From: a bacterium
GTDB lineage: Bacteria; Myxococcota_A; UBA9160; UBA4427
Assembly (NCBI GenBank): GCA_030432735.1
Contig: JAUIMK010000002.1
Coordinates: 1-51,080, forward strand
Direction of reading: 5' to 3'
DNA length: 51,080 bases
Below the pieces are notes generated by a model, which saw nothing but the letters and a program-made list of their open reading frames with translations, did not search any database and was not told the DNA's origin. Shown in pieces: positions 9,358-19,600 of this stretch. How positions within the stretch are numbered: position 1 is the first letter of the stretch; every line of letters starts with the position of its first letter. Both the position numbers and the translations under genes were made by a program.

Positions 9358-11280
9358 ATGTCGCGCGCGCCCTTCTCGATCGTGCTGGCTCTCTTGCTGG
9401 CGAGTCCGGCGTTCGCCGAGGACTACTCGCCGTACGCCGGCGAGGATTTTCCCCGCAACGTCTATTTTGGCGACACCCACGTCCACTCGTCATGGTCCGC
9501 GGACGCGGGCAACATGGGGAATCGCCGGATCGGTCCGGACGAGGTCTATCGCTTCACGCGCGGTGAGACCGTCACGTCCCACAACGGACAGGCCGTCCGC
9601 CTGAAGCGGCCCCTCGATTTCCTCCTCCTCTCGGATCACGCCGAGTACCTCGGTGTGATGAACATGCTCGACCGGGACGATCCCGTCCTGCTCGCGACGG
9701 AGACCGGGAGGCGATGGTCGAAGTGGCGCAAGAGCGGTGAGCATCTCAAGGTCTTCGGCGAGTTCGGGATGGCGCTCCTGAAAGGAGTCGACGCGATCGA
9801 GAGCGAGGCGGTCGAGGAGACGAACTGGAGCCGGGTGGTCGCGAACGCCGACCGCTGGAACGAGCCCGGCCGTTTCACCGCCTTCATCGGCTACGAATGG
9901 ACCTCCACGCCCGACGGCGACAACCTCCACCGGAACGTGATCCTCGCGGACGACGCGAGCCTCGCCGGGCAGGTCCTTCCCACGAGCGCGATCAAGGATC
10001 CGACCCCCGAGTCGCTCTGGGCCTGGATGGCGGCCTACGAGGAGAAGACCGGAGGTCGCGTGCTCGCGATCCCGCACAACTCGAACGTGAGCGGCGGACT
10101 CATGTTCGCGCTCCAGGATTCGAAGGGCGATCCGATCGATCGCGCGTACGCCGAAGAGCGTGCGCGCCGGGAGCCGCTCGTCGAGGTCACCCAGTACAAG
10201 GGCGACAGCGAGACCCATCCCTTCGTCTCCCCGAACGACGAGTTCGCCGACTACGAGACCTGGGATCGCGGCGCGCTCGGGCGCGCCGGGCACGAGGACG
10301 CCTCCTACGAGTTCGAGTACGCGCGCCCGGCCCTCAAGAACGGGCTCGCGATCGAGCAGGCCGTCGGCGTCAATCCCTTCAAGTTCGGACTGATCGGCAG
10401 CACCGATGCGCACACCGGCCTGGCGGCCGCGGGTGAAGACAACTTCTGGGGGAAGTCGACGCGGACCGAAGCGTCACCGGAGCGATGGAGCCTCGGCCTC
10501 TTTCCCGAGCCGCCGGAGGGGGAGGACCTCCCGCCCGGAGCCTCCGGCTCCGCCCTCGAGGAGTTCGCCGGCCAGACGGAAGCCGTCCAGTGGTACGAGT
10601 GGGAGATGGCCGCGTCGGGCTACGCCGCCGTCTGGGCGAAGGAGAACACGCGCGCGGCGATCTTCGATGCGATGCGGCGGCGCGAGACCTACGCGACCAC
10701 GGGACCCCGGATGACCGTGCGCTTCTTCGGGAGCTTCGGCTTCGACGACGGTGACCAGCACACGCCCGACCTCGCCGCGCTCGGATACGCGAAGGGCGTG
10801 CCGATGGGTGGGGATCTGACCCGCGCGGATCACGATGCCGCGAAGGGCTGGCGCAAGGCGCCGACCTTCCTGGTCGCTGCGTTGCGCGATCCGGAAGGCG
10901 CGAACCTCGACCGCGTCCAGATCGTGAAGGGCTGGCTCGACGGGAAGGGGAAGAAGCACGAGCGGGTCTACGATGTCGCCCTCGGCGGCGATCGCGAGAT
11001 CGACCGCAAGGGCAGGGCGAAGTCCCCCGTCGGCTCGACCGTCGACGTCGCGAACGCGAGCTGGACGAACACCATCGGCGCGAGCGCGCTGACCACCTTC
11101 TGGAAGGACCCCGACTTCGACGAGGACGAGCGGGCCTTCTACTACGTGCGCGTCATCGAGATCCCGAAGCCGCGCTGGACCGCCTACGACGCGAAGAAGT
11201 TCGGCGTGAAGATGTCCGACGAGGTGCCGATGACGACGCAGGATCGGGCCTATACCAGCCCCATCTTCTATACCCCGTGA
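9358..11280 (+). CDS. Secreted DUF3604 domain-containing protein (PHP-like metallohydrolase fold), paralog 1
   Basis: Internal ATG 9358 preceded by AGGAGGA. It has a signal peptide (MSRAPFSIVLALLLASPAFA-ED) and the DUF3604 hallmark blocks: FGDTHVHSSWSADA, DFLLLSDHAEY, IGYEWTS, NLHRNVI, IPHNSNVSGG, TQYKGDSETHP, GSTDAHTG and the C-terminal YTSPIFYTP. Confidence 0.9.
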   Translation: MSRAPFSIVLALLLASPAFAEDYSPYAGEDFPRNVYFGDTHVHSSWSADAGNMGNRRIGPDEVYRFTRGETVTSHNGQAVRLKRPLDFLLLSDHAEYLGVMNMLDRDDPVLLATETGRRWSKWRKSGEHLKVFGEFGMALLKGVDAIESEAVEETNWSRVVANADRWNEPGRFTAFIGYEWTSTPDGDNLHRNVILADDASLAGQVLPTSAIKDPTPESLWAWMAAYEEKTGGRVLAIPHNSNVSGGLMFALQDSKGDPIDRAYAEERARREPLVEVTQYKGDSETHPFVSPNDEFADYETWDRGALGRAGHEDASYEFEYARPALKNGLAIEQAVGVNPFKFGLIGSTDAHTGLAAAGEDNFWGKSTRTEASPERWSLGLFPEPPEGEDLPPGASGSALEEFAGQTEAVQWYEWEMAASGYAAVWAKENTRAAIFDAMRRRETYATTGPRMTVRFFGSFGFDDGDQHTPDLAALGYAKGVPMGGDLTRADHDAAKGWRKAPTFLVAALRDPEGANLDRVQIVKGWLDGKGKKHERVYDVALGGDREIDRKGRAKSPVGSTVDVANASWTNTIGASALTTFWKDPDFDEDERAFYYVRVIEIPKPRWTAYDAKKFGVKMSDEVPMTTQDRAYTSPIFYTP

Positions 11281-11284
11281 TTTC

Positions 11285-11409
11285 CGGCCGCGGATAGCAC
11301 GCCGCTTTCGAAGCCTTCTCCCTGCGCGGTCCTCGGCGTACGGGAGTACGCCTGCGGTCGCTTCGGTCCGAGGTCGTCGAAATCGACGCACTCTTCGCGG
11401 CCTTGCGGC
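11285..11409 (+). repeat. Copy A of a ~125-nt structured intergenic repeat element located directly 3' of the DUF3604 stop
   Basis: It aligns without gaps to 25027-25151, with about 11 mismatches in 125 nt by hand alignment. It contains the hairpins GGCGTAC-GGGA-GTACGCC (11335-11352) and CGTCG-AAAT-CGACG (11375-11388), enclosed by CCTCGG...CCGAGG. Confidence 0.8.
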
Positions 11410-11480
11410 GCGGGTATTCGTCTTGTGTCTTGCGGCTCGAGCGTTTCGTTTGGACTTCGGACCCGTCTGGCGAGCCGTGG

Positions 11481-12521
11481 CTACGGGACGATGATGCCTC
11501 GGCCGGCGATCTGGCCTTTCGAGAGGCGGTCGAAGGCGGTGGGGGCGTCGTCCAGGTCGAAGAGCTCGACGTCGTTGCGGAGGAGGCCCTGGTCGCCGAG
11601 GGAGACGGCGGCGCGGGTGTCGGCGTCGGTGCCGCCGACGAAGGAGATGATCGAGGCGTTCTTGCCGCCGAGGGCGCCCATGAGGGGCATGTCGAGCTTG
11701 CCCTGCTCGGCGCCGATGACGGCGTAGGTGCCGAGCTTGGCGAGGACGGTGATGCCGTTCGCGATCGTCGCGTCGCTTCCGACGAAGTCGAGGACGGCGT
11801 CGCAGCCCCGCCCTTCCGTCAGCGTCATGATCTCGGCCGCGAGGTCCTCTCGCTTGCCGTCGAGGACTTCGTCCGCTCCGAGCGCCTTCGCGCGTTCGAG
11901 CTTGTCCTTCGCGACGTCGACGACGATGAGCCGTGCCTCGGTCAGGATCTTCACGTACTGGATCGCGAAGCCACCGAGGCCGCCGGCGCCGATCACGAGG
12001 GCGGTCCGGCCGGGACCGAGCTTGTCCGCCACGCGGCGCACGCCGTGATAGGAAGTCGTTCCGGCGTCGGTCAGCGGGCCCGCGAGCTTCGGGTCGAGCT
12101 TCTCGATCGGGATCAGCGGGCGGGTGGATTCGATCACGACGTAGTCGGCGATTCCGCCGTTCATGCCGTAGCCGCGCCCGCGCTGGTTCATGTCGCAGGC
12201 GTTGTCGAAGCCCGAATCGCATTCGTGGCAGGACCCGCAGCTGCGGGTCGAGACGAGGGCCACGGCCTGTCCCTCTTCGTAGCCCGAGACGCCGGCGCCC
12301 AGCCGGTCGATCCAGCCGCCGACTTCGTGGCCGAGGGTGAAGGGCATCTGCCAGCCGAGGATCTCGCCCATCTGCGGCGGGAGCTCGGGCATGTGGAGAT
12401 CGCTCTGGCAGAGACCGTTGCCCGCGACCTTGATCCGGACCTCTCCGGGACCGGGCTCGGGGACCGGGATCTCGACGAGCGCCGGCGACGCCTGCCATTC
12501 GGTCAGGCGGAAGGCGCGCAT
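11481..12521 (-). CDS. Zinc-dependent NAD(P) alcohol dehydrogenase (MDR family)
   Basis: ORF 11481..12629 trimmed to ATG 12521 (MRAFRLTEWQ...). It has the Zn ligand motifs GLCQSDLH and GHEVGG, the structural-Zn Cys cluster (CGSCHECDSGFDNAC) and the Rossmann motif VIGAGGLGG. Confidence 0.85.
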   Translation of the reverse strand: MRAFRLTEWQASPALVEIPVPEPGPGEVRIKVAGNGLCQSDLHMPELPPQMGEILGWQMPFTLGHEVGGWIDRLGAGVSGYEEGQAVALVSTRSCGSCHECDSGFDNACDMNQRGRGYGMNGGIADYVVIESTRPLIPIEKLDPKLAGPLTDAGTTSYHGVRRVADKLGPGRTALVIGAGGLGGFAIQYVKILTEARLIVVDVAKDKLERAKALGADEVLDGKREDLAAEIMTLTEGRGCDAVLDFVGSDATIANGITVLAKLGTYAVIGAEQGKLDMPLMGALGGKNASIISFVGGTDADTRAAVSLGDQGLLRNDVELFDLDDAPTAFDRLSKGQIAGRGIIVP

Positions 12522-12633
12522 CGTTTCGGATCGTCTCGGGTCGGACACGGGGACTCCTCGTGGGCTCGAAGGTCTGCGCCGGGACGATATCGTAGAAGCG
12601 AGGCAGGAACGCCTTTCGTGGAGCGACACCGAA

Positions 12634-14376
12634 ATGAGTCAGATTCTGATCCGGAACGCCAACCTCGTCGACGGAACCGGTGCGCCGGCCCGTCCGGCGG
12701 ACGTCCTCGTCCGGGACGGACGGATCGCCGAGATCGCCGAGGCGGGGACGCTCGCGAACGACGCCGGCGAGACGATCGAGGCCGAAGGCAAGCTCGTCAC
12801 CCCGGGCTTCGTCGACGTCCACACCCACTACGACGGGCAGGTGACCTGGGATCCGGTGCTGACCCCGTCCTCGTGGCACGGCGTGACGACCGTCGTGATG
12901 GGCAACTGCGGCGTCGGCTTCGCTCCGGCGAAGCCCGACGAGCGCGGCTGGCTGATCGAGCTGATGGAGGGGGTCGAGGACATTCCCGGGACGGCGCTCC
13001 ACGAAGGGATCCGCTGGGACTGGGAGTCCTTCCCCGAGTACCTCGACGCGCTCGAGAAGCTGCCGCGGACGATCGACATCGCGACCCAGATCCCTCACGG
13101 CGCCCTGCGCGTCTACGTCATGGGCCAGCGCGGTGCGGACCAGGAGCCGGCGACCTCCGAGGATCTCGAGCGGATGTCGGCGATCGTGAAGGAAGCCGTC
13201 GAAGCGGGGGCGCTCGCCTTCTCGACGAACCGGCTGCCGGGACACACGAGCATCCACGGCGAGCCGGTCCCGGGGACCTTCGCGCCGGCGGAGGAGCTCC
13301 GGATCCTGACGCAGGCAGTGGTCGACGGGGGCGGCGAGATCCTGCAGGCCGTGCCGGCCGGGGGCGGGAACGAAGAGGCCGGTGCGATTCCGCGGGAGGT
13401 CGATCTCTACCGGGAGATCAGCCTCGCGACGGGGGCGAAGGTGACCTTCTCGGCCCCGCAGAACCATCCCTATCCCGACGAGTGGAAGGAAGTCATGGCG
13501 AAGTGCCGTGACGCGAACGCCGCGGGCGCGCGGGTCGTTCCTCAGGTCCTGTCGCGCGGCTCGGGCCTCATGCTCTCCCTCGACACCTTCAACCCCTTCG
13601 CGTTCACCGAGGCCTATCAGGAGATCGCTTCGCTTCCGCACGCCGAACGCGTGGCGGCCTTGCAGGACCCCGAGCGTCGGCGCGCGATCCTCGACGCGAG
13701 TGGCGAGAACAATCCGAGCATGCTGATCCTCGGCCCGGCGCTCCATTCCACGTTCGCGATGGAGGACGGCGTCGTGTTCGAGCCCGACGTGGCGGATTCC
13801 ATCGGTGCGCGCGCGGACGCGATGGGCGTGGATCCGATGGAGCTGCTCTACGACACGATGGTGGAGCTCGCGGCGAAGTCGACCGACGGAAAGACCCGAG
13901 TGCTCGCGGTCTTCTTCACGGGCTACGCCGAAGGAAACCTCGACGCGGTCGAGACGATGATGCGCGACGAGATCTCGGTGATCGGCCTCGGTGACGGCGG
14001 CGCCCACTGCAGCATGATCTGCGACGCGAGCTGGCCCGCCTTCGTCCTCCAGCACTGGGTTCGCGATCGCAGCCGCGGCGCGCGGATCGCGCTCGAGGAC
14101 GCGGTCAAGATGATGTCCAAGGAGGCGGCGGACCTCTACGGCCTCGGCGATCGGGGGACCGTGGAGGTCGGCAAGCGGGCGGACCTCAACGTGATCGACC
14201 TCGCGGCCGTCGAGCTGCAGCTCCCGGAAGTGGTCGACGACCTGCCGACGGGAGCGTCGCGGATCGTCCAGCGGGCGAAGGGCTTCGACGTCACGATCTG
14301 CGCCGGAGAGGTCACGTTCCGGGACGGCGAGCCGACCGGTGCGCGGCCGGGCAAGCTGGTTCGCGGCAAGCGCTAG
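12634..14376 (+). CDS. N-acyl-D-amino-acid deacylase (D-aminoacylase) family amidohydrolase, paralog 1
   Basis: Internal ATG 12634 ([18 protein letters not shown]...). It has the HxH metal motif ([12 protein letters not shown]) and [16 protein letters not shown]. It is homologous along its length to the convergent neighbour. Confidence 0.85.
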   Translation: MSQILIRNANLVDGTGAPARPADVLVRDGRIAEIAEAGTLANDAGETIEAEGKLVTPGFVDVHTHYDGQVTWDPVLTPSSWHGVTTVVMGNCGVGFAPAKPDERGWLIELMEGVEDIPGTALHEGIRWDWESFPEYLDALEKLPRTIDIATQIPHGALRVYVMGQRGADQEPATSEDLERMSAIVKEAVEAGALAFSTNRLPGHTSIHGEPVPGTFAPAEELRILTQAVVDGGGEILQAVPAGGGNEEAGAIPREVDLYREISLATGAKVTFSAPQNHPYPDEWKEVMAKCRDANAAGARVVPQVLSRGSGLMLSLDTFNPFAFTEAYQEIASLPHAERVAALQDPERRRAILDASGENNPSMLILGPALHSTFAMEDGVVFEPDVADSIGARADAMGVDPMELLYDTMVELAAKSTDGKTRVLAVFFTGYAEGNLDAVETMMRDEISVIGLGDGGAHCSMICDASWPAFVLQHWVRDRSRGARIALEDAVKMMSKEAADLYGLGDRGTVEVGKRADLNVIDLAAVELQLPEVVDDLPTGASRIVQRAKGFDVTICAGEVTFRDGEPTGARPGKLVRGKR

Positions 14377-16097
14377 GCCGAAGGCGATGCCTGCGGCCCG
14401 CGGATCAGACCGCCGGGCAGCGCGCCGGTCGGCTTGCCGCGCTCGTAGGTGAGCTCGCCGCTCTTCACGGTGTAGACGTAGCCGTCGATCTGCTGGACGA
14501 GGCGCTGTCCCCGGGCGGGGAGGTCGTCGACCATCTCCGGCGCGTGGATGTGGAGCGCGTCGAAGTCGATCACGTTGACGTCGGCGAGCATGCCGGGGGC
14601 GATCGTGCCGCGGTCTTCCATGCCGTAGAAGCGTGCGGTCTTCTGGGTCTGCTGGTGGACGATCCACTCGAGCGGGAATCGCTCGCCCTTCTCGCGATCG
14701 CGGACCCAGTAGGTCAGCAGGAAGGTCGGCGTGCTCGCGTCGGTGATCAGCGCGCAGTGGGCGCCGCCGTCCGACAGGCTGAAGACCGCCTTCTCGTGCT
14801 GCATCATCGTTCGGATGTCCTCGAGGTTGCCGTTCGCGTACCCGAGGATCGGCATGTAGATGAACTCGCCGGCCAGCATCGTGTCGTAGGCGAACTCCGC
14901 GGGCGTGACCCCCGCGGCTTCGGCCTTCGCGGCCACGGAGTCTTCCGGACCGGGCTCGTAGACCGGCGGCGTGCCGAGGGGATACATGCGATCCCAGGCG
15001 CCGGTGACCAGCGCGTTCATGCCCGGCACGTTGCCCTCCGCGGAGTCCTGCCCGAGGATCGTCTCGCGGACCTCGGGCTTCCGGAGCTCGGCGAGGCGCT
15101 CTTCGGACGAGAGATCGAGGAGCGGCCGGAAGGCGGGCTTCAGGCGGAAGGGATGGAGCGAGCTGTCGAAGCCGAAGAGCAGGCCGGCGGGGCGCTGCGC
15201 GACCTGCGGCGTGAGGTGTCCGCCTTCGGCGGCATCGGCGTCGACCGCCTCGAGCAGGCGCTTGAACTGGTCGGCGTCCAGCGGATTCTGGAGGCACGCG
15301 AAGCTGACCGGCCGCCCCGTCTCCTTGCCGAGCCGGCTCATCCACTCGAGCTCCTTGCCCTCGGGCGCGAGATCGCTCGCGCACTCGAAGACGCCGTGGC
15401 CGACTTCACCGAGCGCACGCCCGATGCCCATCAGCTCGTCGTCTTCGGCGTAGGTACCGGGGACGACCTCACCGTCCTTCGCGCGGTGGAGCATCGTGCG
15501 CGACGTCGAGAACCCGAGCGCACCGGCCTCGAGGCCTTCCTTGACCAGCCGGGACATCTCCTCGATCTCGTCCGGCTCCGCCTTCTCGTTCTTCGCGCCG
15601 CGCTCGCCCATCACGTAGGCGCGGACGGCGCCGTGGGGGATCTGGGTCGCGATGTCGACGGAGCGGGGCATCGACTCGAGGGCATCGAGGTATTCCGGGA
15701 AGCTCTCCCACTTCCAGTCGATGCCTTCGTGGAGGGCGGTCCCGGGGATGTCTTCCACGCCCTCCATCAGCTGGATGAGGAAGTCCTCCTGGCCCGGGCG
15801 GACCGGCGCGAAACCGACGCCGCAGTTGCCCATCACGACGGTCGTCACGCCGTTCCATCCGCTGGGCGTGAGGTGCGGATCCCAGGTCGCCTGACCGTCG
15901 TAGTGGGTGTGGATGTCGACCCAGCCGGGCGCGACGAGGAGACCCGTTGCGTCGAGCTCGCGGCGGGCCGGTCCCAGGTCCTGTCCTGCTTCGACGACGG
16001 CGACGATGCGGTCGCCGTCGATGGCGACGTCGGCCTTGCGAGCGGGCGCGCCGGTTCCGTCGACGACGGTTCCGCCACGAATGATGAGATCGTGCAT
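14373..16097 (-). CDS. N-acyl-D-amino-acid deacylase (D-aminoacylase) family amidohydrolase, paralog 2
   Basis: 574-aa ORF ([18 protein letters not shown]...[12 protein letters not shown]...[16 protein letters not shown]). Its stop codon overlaps the stop of paralog 1 within CTAG at 14373-14376. Confidence 0.85.
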   Translation of the reverse strand: MHDLIIRGGTVVDGTGAPARKADVAIDGDRIVAVVEAGQDLGPARRELDATGLLVAPGWVDIHTHYDGQATWDPHLTPSGWNGVTTVVMGNCGVGFAPVRPGQEDFLIQLMEGVEDIPGTALHEGIDWKWESFPEYLDALESMPRSVDIATQIPHGAVRAYVMGERGAKNEKAEPDEIEEMSRLVKEGLEAGALGFSTSRTMLHRAKDGEVVPGTYAEDDELMGIGRALGEVGHGVFECASDLAPEGKELEWMSRLGKETGRPVSFACLQNPLDADQFKRLLEAVDADAAEGGHLTPQVAQRPAGLLFGFDSSLHPFRLKPAFRPLLDLSSEERLAELRKPEVRETILGQDSAEGNVPGMNALVTGAWDRMYPLGTPPVYEPGPEDSVAAKAEAAGVTPAEFAYDTMLAGEFIYMPILGYANGNLEDIRTMMQHEKAVFSLSDGGAHCALITDASTPTFLLTYWVRDREKGERFPLEWIVHQQTQKTARFYGMEDRGTIAPGMLADVNVIDFDALHIHAPEMVDDLPARGQRLVQQIDGYVYTVKSGELTYERGKPTGALPGGLIRGPQASPSA

Positions 16098-16266
16098 GGT
16101 GGGTTCACTCCGGGTGGAGGGGGGAGGGTGGAGGATGGAGCGTCCGACGGCGGAGCCGGCCGGCGCAGGAGGACTGCCAGGGCCTGGAGGATCGCGGGCA
16201 GGACCTGGGCGCGCCAGCTCGACGGCGGACCTGCGGGTCAGTGAGGCCTCGCGAAGGAGAGGCGCG

Positions 16267-16680
16267 CTAGGCCTTCTTCTTCCGCTCGTAGGGCACGACC
16301 TCGAAGCCCGACTCCTTCCACGCGGTGAAGCCGCCGCCCAGGTGGGCCGCCCGCAGGAGGCCCATGCGCGTCGCGATCTGGCAGGCGAGGGCCGAGCGCC
16401 AGCCCATCGCGCAGTAGAAGACGAAGCGCTTGTCCTCCTGGAACACCGGTCGCGCGTAGGGGCTCTCCGGGGCGATCCAGAACTCGAGCATGCCGCGTGG
16501 CATGTGCACCGCGCCCGGCAGATGCCCTTCGCGCTGGAGCTCCCGGACGTCGCGCAGATCGATCACGACCAGGTCGTCGTCGTCGATCGCGGCGCGGAGT
16601 CCGTCCGCGTCGACGACTTCGATGTCCGCCTCGGCCTCCTCGATCAGCGTCGCGAGCTCGACACCCTCTCCGATCGTCAC
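16267..16680 (-). CDS. Single-domain rhodanese (sulfurtransferase) protein
   Basis: 137-aa ORF with a GTG start that overlaps the upstream stop as GTGA. The rhodanese active-site loop is FYCAMGWRS (CxxGxR[ST]) and the GGFTAW motif is conserved. Confidence 0.8.
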   Translation of the reverse strand: MTIGEGVELATLIEEAEADIEVVDADGLRAAIDDDDLVVIDLRDVRELQREGHLPGAVHMPRGMLEFWIAPESPYARPVFQEDKRFVFYCAMGWRSALACQIATRMGLLRAAHLGGGFTAWKESGFEVVPYERKKKA

Positions 16681-19600
16681 TCCCGTTCCTCCTCGCGGCC
16701 GGTGCTTCGCCGCTCCTTCTCCGCGCCCACGGCCTGGGCACGCGCATCTCGAGCGCGTGCGCGGGTCGCCTCGGCCCAGGGGCCCGGTGCGATGCCGAGC
16801 TCGTCCTCGAGCGCCGCGGTCGCGTCCTCGATCGCGCGAATCGCACCGGCTCGGTCGTCCGCGGCGAGGCGGGCCGCGGCGAGGCGCTCCCAGGCGGCTT
16901 CGTCGTCGCGAGATCGGGCGACGAAGTCCTCGGCGATCCGGATGGCCAGCGGAGCCCGACCCGGTTCGTGCGTCCCCGGCTCGCCTAGCAGGGCGTCGAG
17001 GGTCTCGAGGGTGGCGGATCGGTGCATCGCATCCAGGGCTCGCCGGAGCTCGAGGGCCCAGTCGTCGAGGTAGCCGATCAGGAATTCGTCTCGCCGGAGG
17101 GATCGGGCCCGCTCGAAGTGTCGTTCACACGCCACGACCCCCGCCCGCCCGGCCTCGGTGCGCATCCCGTCGATCGCGCTTCGCCACCGGGTGACGTCCC
17201 AGTCTTCGAGCGCCGCCTCGGCGAGTCCGAGGTGCTCCCCTTCGAGCGTGAGCAGTCGACTCGGGGCGCCCTTCTTCCTTCTCGGCTCGAGGGCGTCCCG
17301 AAGCTTGGTCAGGCTGGCGCGCAGGTTGTTGCGACCTTGTGCGCGCGTCGCTTCGGGCCAGAGGTCCGATTCCACCCGTTCGCGAGGGAGGACCCGACCC
17401 TCGGCGCAGAGCAGGCGGACGAAGAGACGCTGCGGGTTGCGTCCCTTCCAATCGGAAGCCTTGAGGCTGCGGCCGCCTTTCGCGACTTCCAGTGCGCCGA
17501 AGCTCTGGATCGAGAGCGCTGCGCGCCGCGGAGCGACGGAGGGCATGCCGTGGAGGCGGAGGCCACCGAGGTCGATCCCCTCTTCCCGTGCGCGCTCGAG
17601 GGCCCAACGTAGAAGCGGGGCGTCGATCTCGGGCGCGACGTCGACGAGGCCGGCGGTCCGATGCGCGTGCCAACCCGACCGCAGCTCTTCGCGCATGCGC
17701 TTCCGCTCGTCCGCAAGCTCCGCCACCCGCGCGCGGCAGAGCCCGATCGCGTGGGCGACGAGGGGGAGCTCGGCGTGGACGAGCTCTCGACGCCGTGCGT
17801 CGATGCCGGCGAGCGCCTCTCGGGCATGGCCGAGCTCTGCCAGCACGACGGCGGCGAGGGCGGCGCCGGCGGAAGAGAGCGGCGCGGAGGAGATCCGGGT
17901 GGTCCAGGCGCCTTCGGAGTCGAGGAGCCGGAGGGCCGCTCGCGCCGAGGCACGCGCTTCGGCGGACCGACCGGCTCTCTGGAGCGCGCGGGCGAGTCGG
18001 CCGTGGGAGGCGACCCAAGTCTCGAGCAGGTCGATGCGTTCCGCGAGCGCGAGCGCGTCCGAGAAGTGCTCCGCGGCTTCGTCGAACTCGCCCGCGCGGT
18101 GAGCGATCTGACCGAGTGCGGTCGCACAGTGGCTTCGATTGAGGGTCTGCCGCGCGCTCCGAAACATCCGACCGGCCTCTTCGAGGGTCGTGCGACACGC
18201 GTCGAGCTCGAGTCCGCGGAGGCCGAGCACGCTGCAGCGGCGTGTCTGCATCGCGTAGAAGCCGGGACCATGGAGCCGCTGATCCTCGTCGGCGCAGCGC
18301 GCATCGACCTCGTCCACGAGCTCGTCCCAGTCTCCGCGCGCGAAGCGGATCGTCGCGCCGAGAAAACCGACCCCGGCGCGCTCGCGCGGACGCTGCTGGC
18401 CGCCGCCGGCGCGGCGAAGGAGTCGCATGGCGAGTCGGTAGCGACCCGTGATGAACGCGGCATCGGCGAGTCCCATCGCGAGCATGCCGCGCAACCGCGG
18501 ATGGCGAAGGATCCGAGAGAAGGTGACGGTGTGGCGAACGAGCTCGGCGATCGCCTCCGTCTGGTTCTCGTTGACGGCGACGATCGCGAGCGCGTGGAGC
18601 GTGTCCGCCTCCGCCTCGAGGTCACCGGCGCGTCGGTAGAGCTCGATGGCCTCGCGCAGTCGCTCGACGGCCCGCTTCGGGTCCCGCCCCCCTGCGATCA
18701 GACCCTCGAGGGCGAGCAGCCCGGGTCGGTCCGCCTTGAGCGGTCGAGGGACCTCCGCGAGCGCCTCCTCGGCGAGGTCCAGATAGCCGCGGTCGACCCA
18801 GCCCCGTCCTTCTCGCGCCAGCAGATCGGCGATCCGCGGCGCGAGCCCACCGTTTCGATACACCGAGAGCGCCGCCGTCGCCGATCCCGCCGACTCGAGC
18901 ATCTCTCCGAGCCGCTCGTGGAGCGTCGCCCACTCGGCGTCGTCGAGACCGGCGCGCATCCGCAGCTGCATCCACTCCGCGACGAGCGGATGAAGGGCGA
19001 GCTGCGCAGGCTGGGACTGGAGCAGGCCGGCCTCGATCGCTTCGTCGATCGCGCTCTCGCCGCCGATGCGACCTGCGGCGCGCATGGCGCGCATCAACGT
19101 GGCAGTATCGGTCGCGCCGAGTACGGCCGAGATCTGAAGCACCCGGACCGCGTCTTCGGAGAGCTCCGCCGTGAGCTCGTCGGCGATGTAGCGCAGCAGG
19201 TCGCGGTCCCGGGTGAGCTCGGTGAGGAAGTCGTCTCGCCGTTCCGGGGGCAACGTCGCGAGTGTTCTGAGGGCGAACTGGACCGCGATCGCCCAACCTT
19301 CGGTCCGGGCCAGGAGCTGCTCGATGTACGCCGGCTCGAGTCGGAGGTCGGCTTCGTCGACCAGTGCGTCGACCTGTGCGCGCGTCAGCGCCAGCGCGGC
19401 TTCGTCGATGAGCGACGCGCCCCCGGCGGCGAGCGCACGCGTCAGGGCGCGGGGTCGGCGTCCCCGCGTCGTCAGGACGAGCCGGAGCCAGGCGGGCGTG
19501 CTTCGAACGAGGAGATTCACGATCTCGACGGAGACGCCTTCCCCTTCGAGCTGCTCGAAGCCGTCCAGGAAGACGACGACCGGGCGCGCGAGCCGTCGCC

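Noticed and set aside
10474-15384. Giant 1636-aa minus-strand ORF spanning five annotated genes
   Set aside because: The product is Arg/Pro/Gly/Ala-rich and low-complexity, with no recognisable motifs. It runs antisense to, or across, well-supported genes (DUF3604, ADH, two amidohydrolases). This is the classic high-GC shadow ORF caused by stop-codon depletion.
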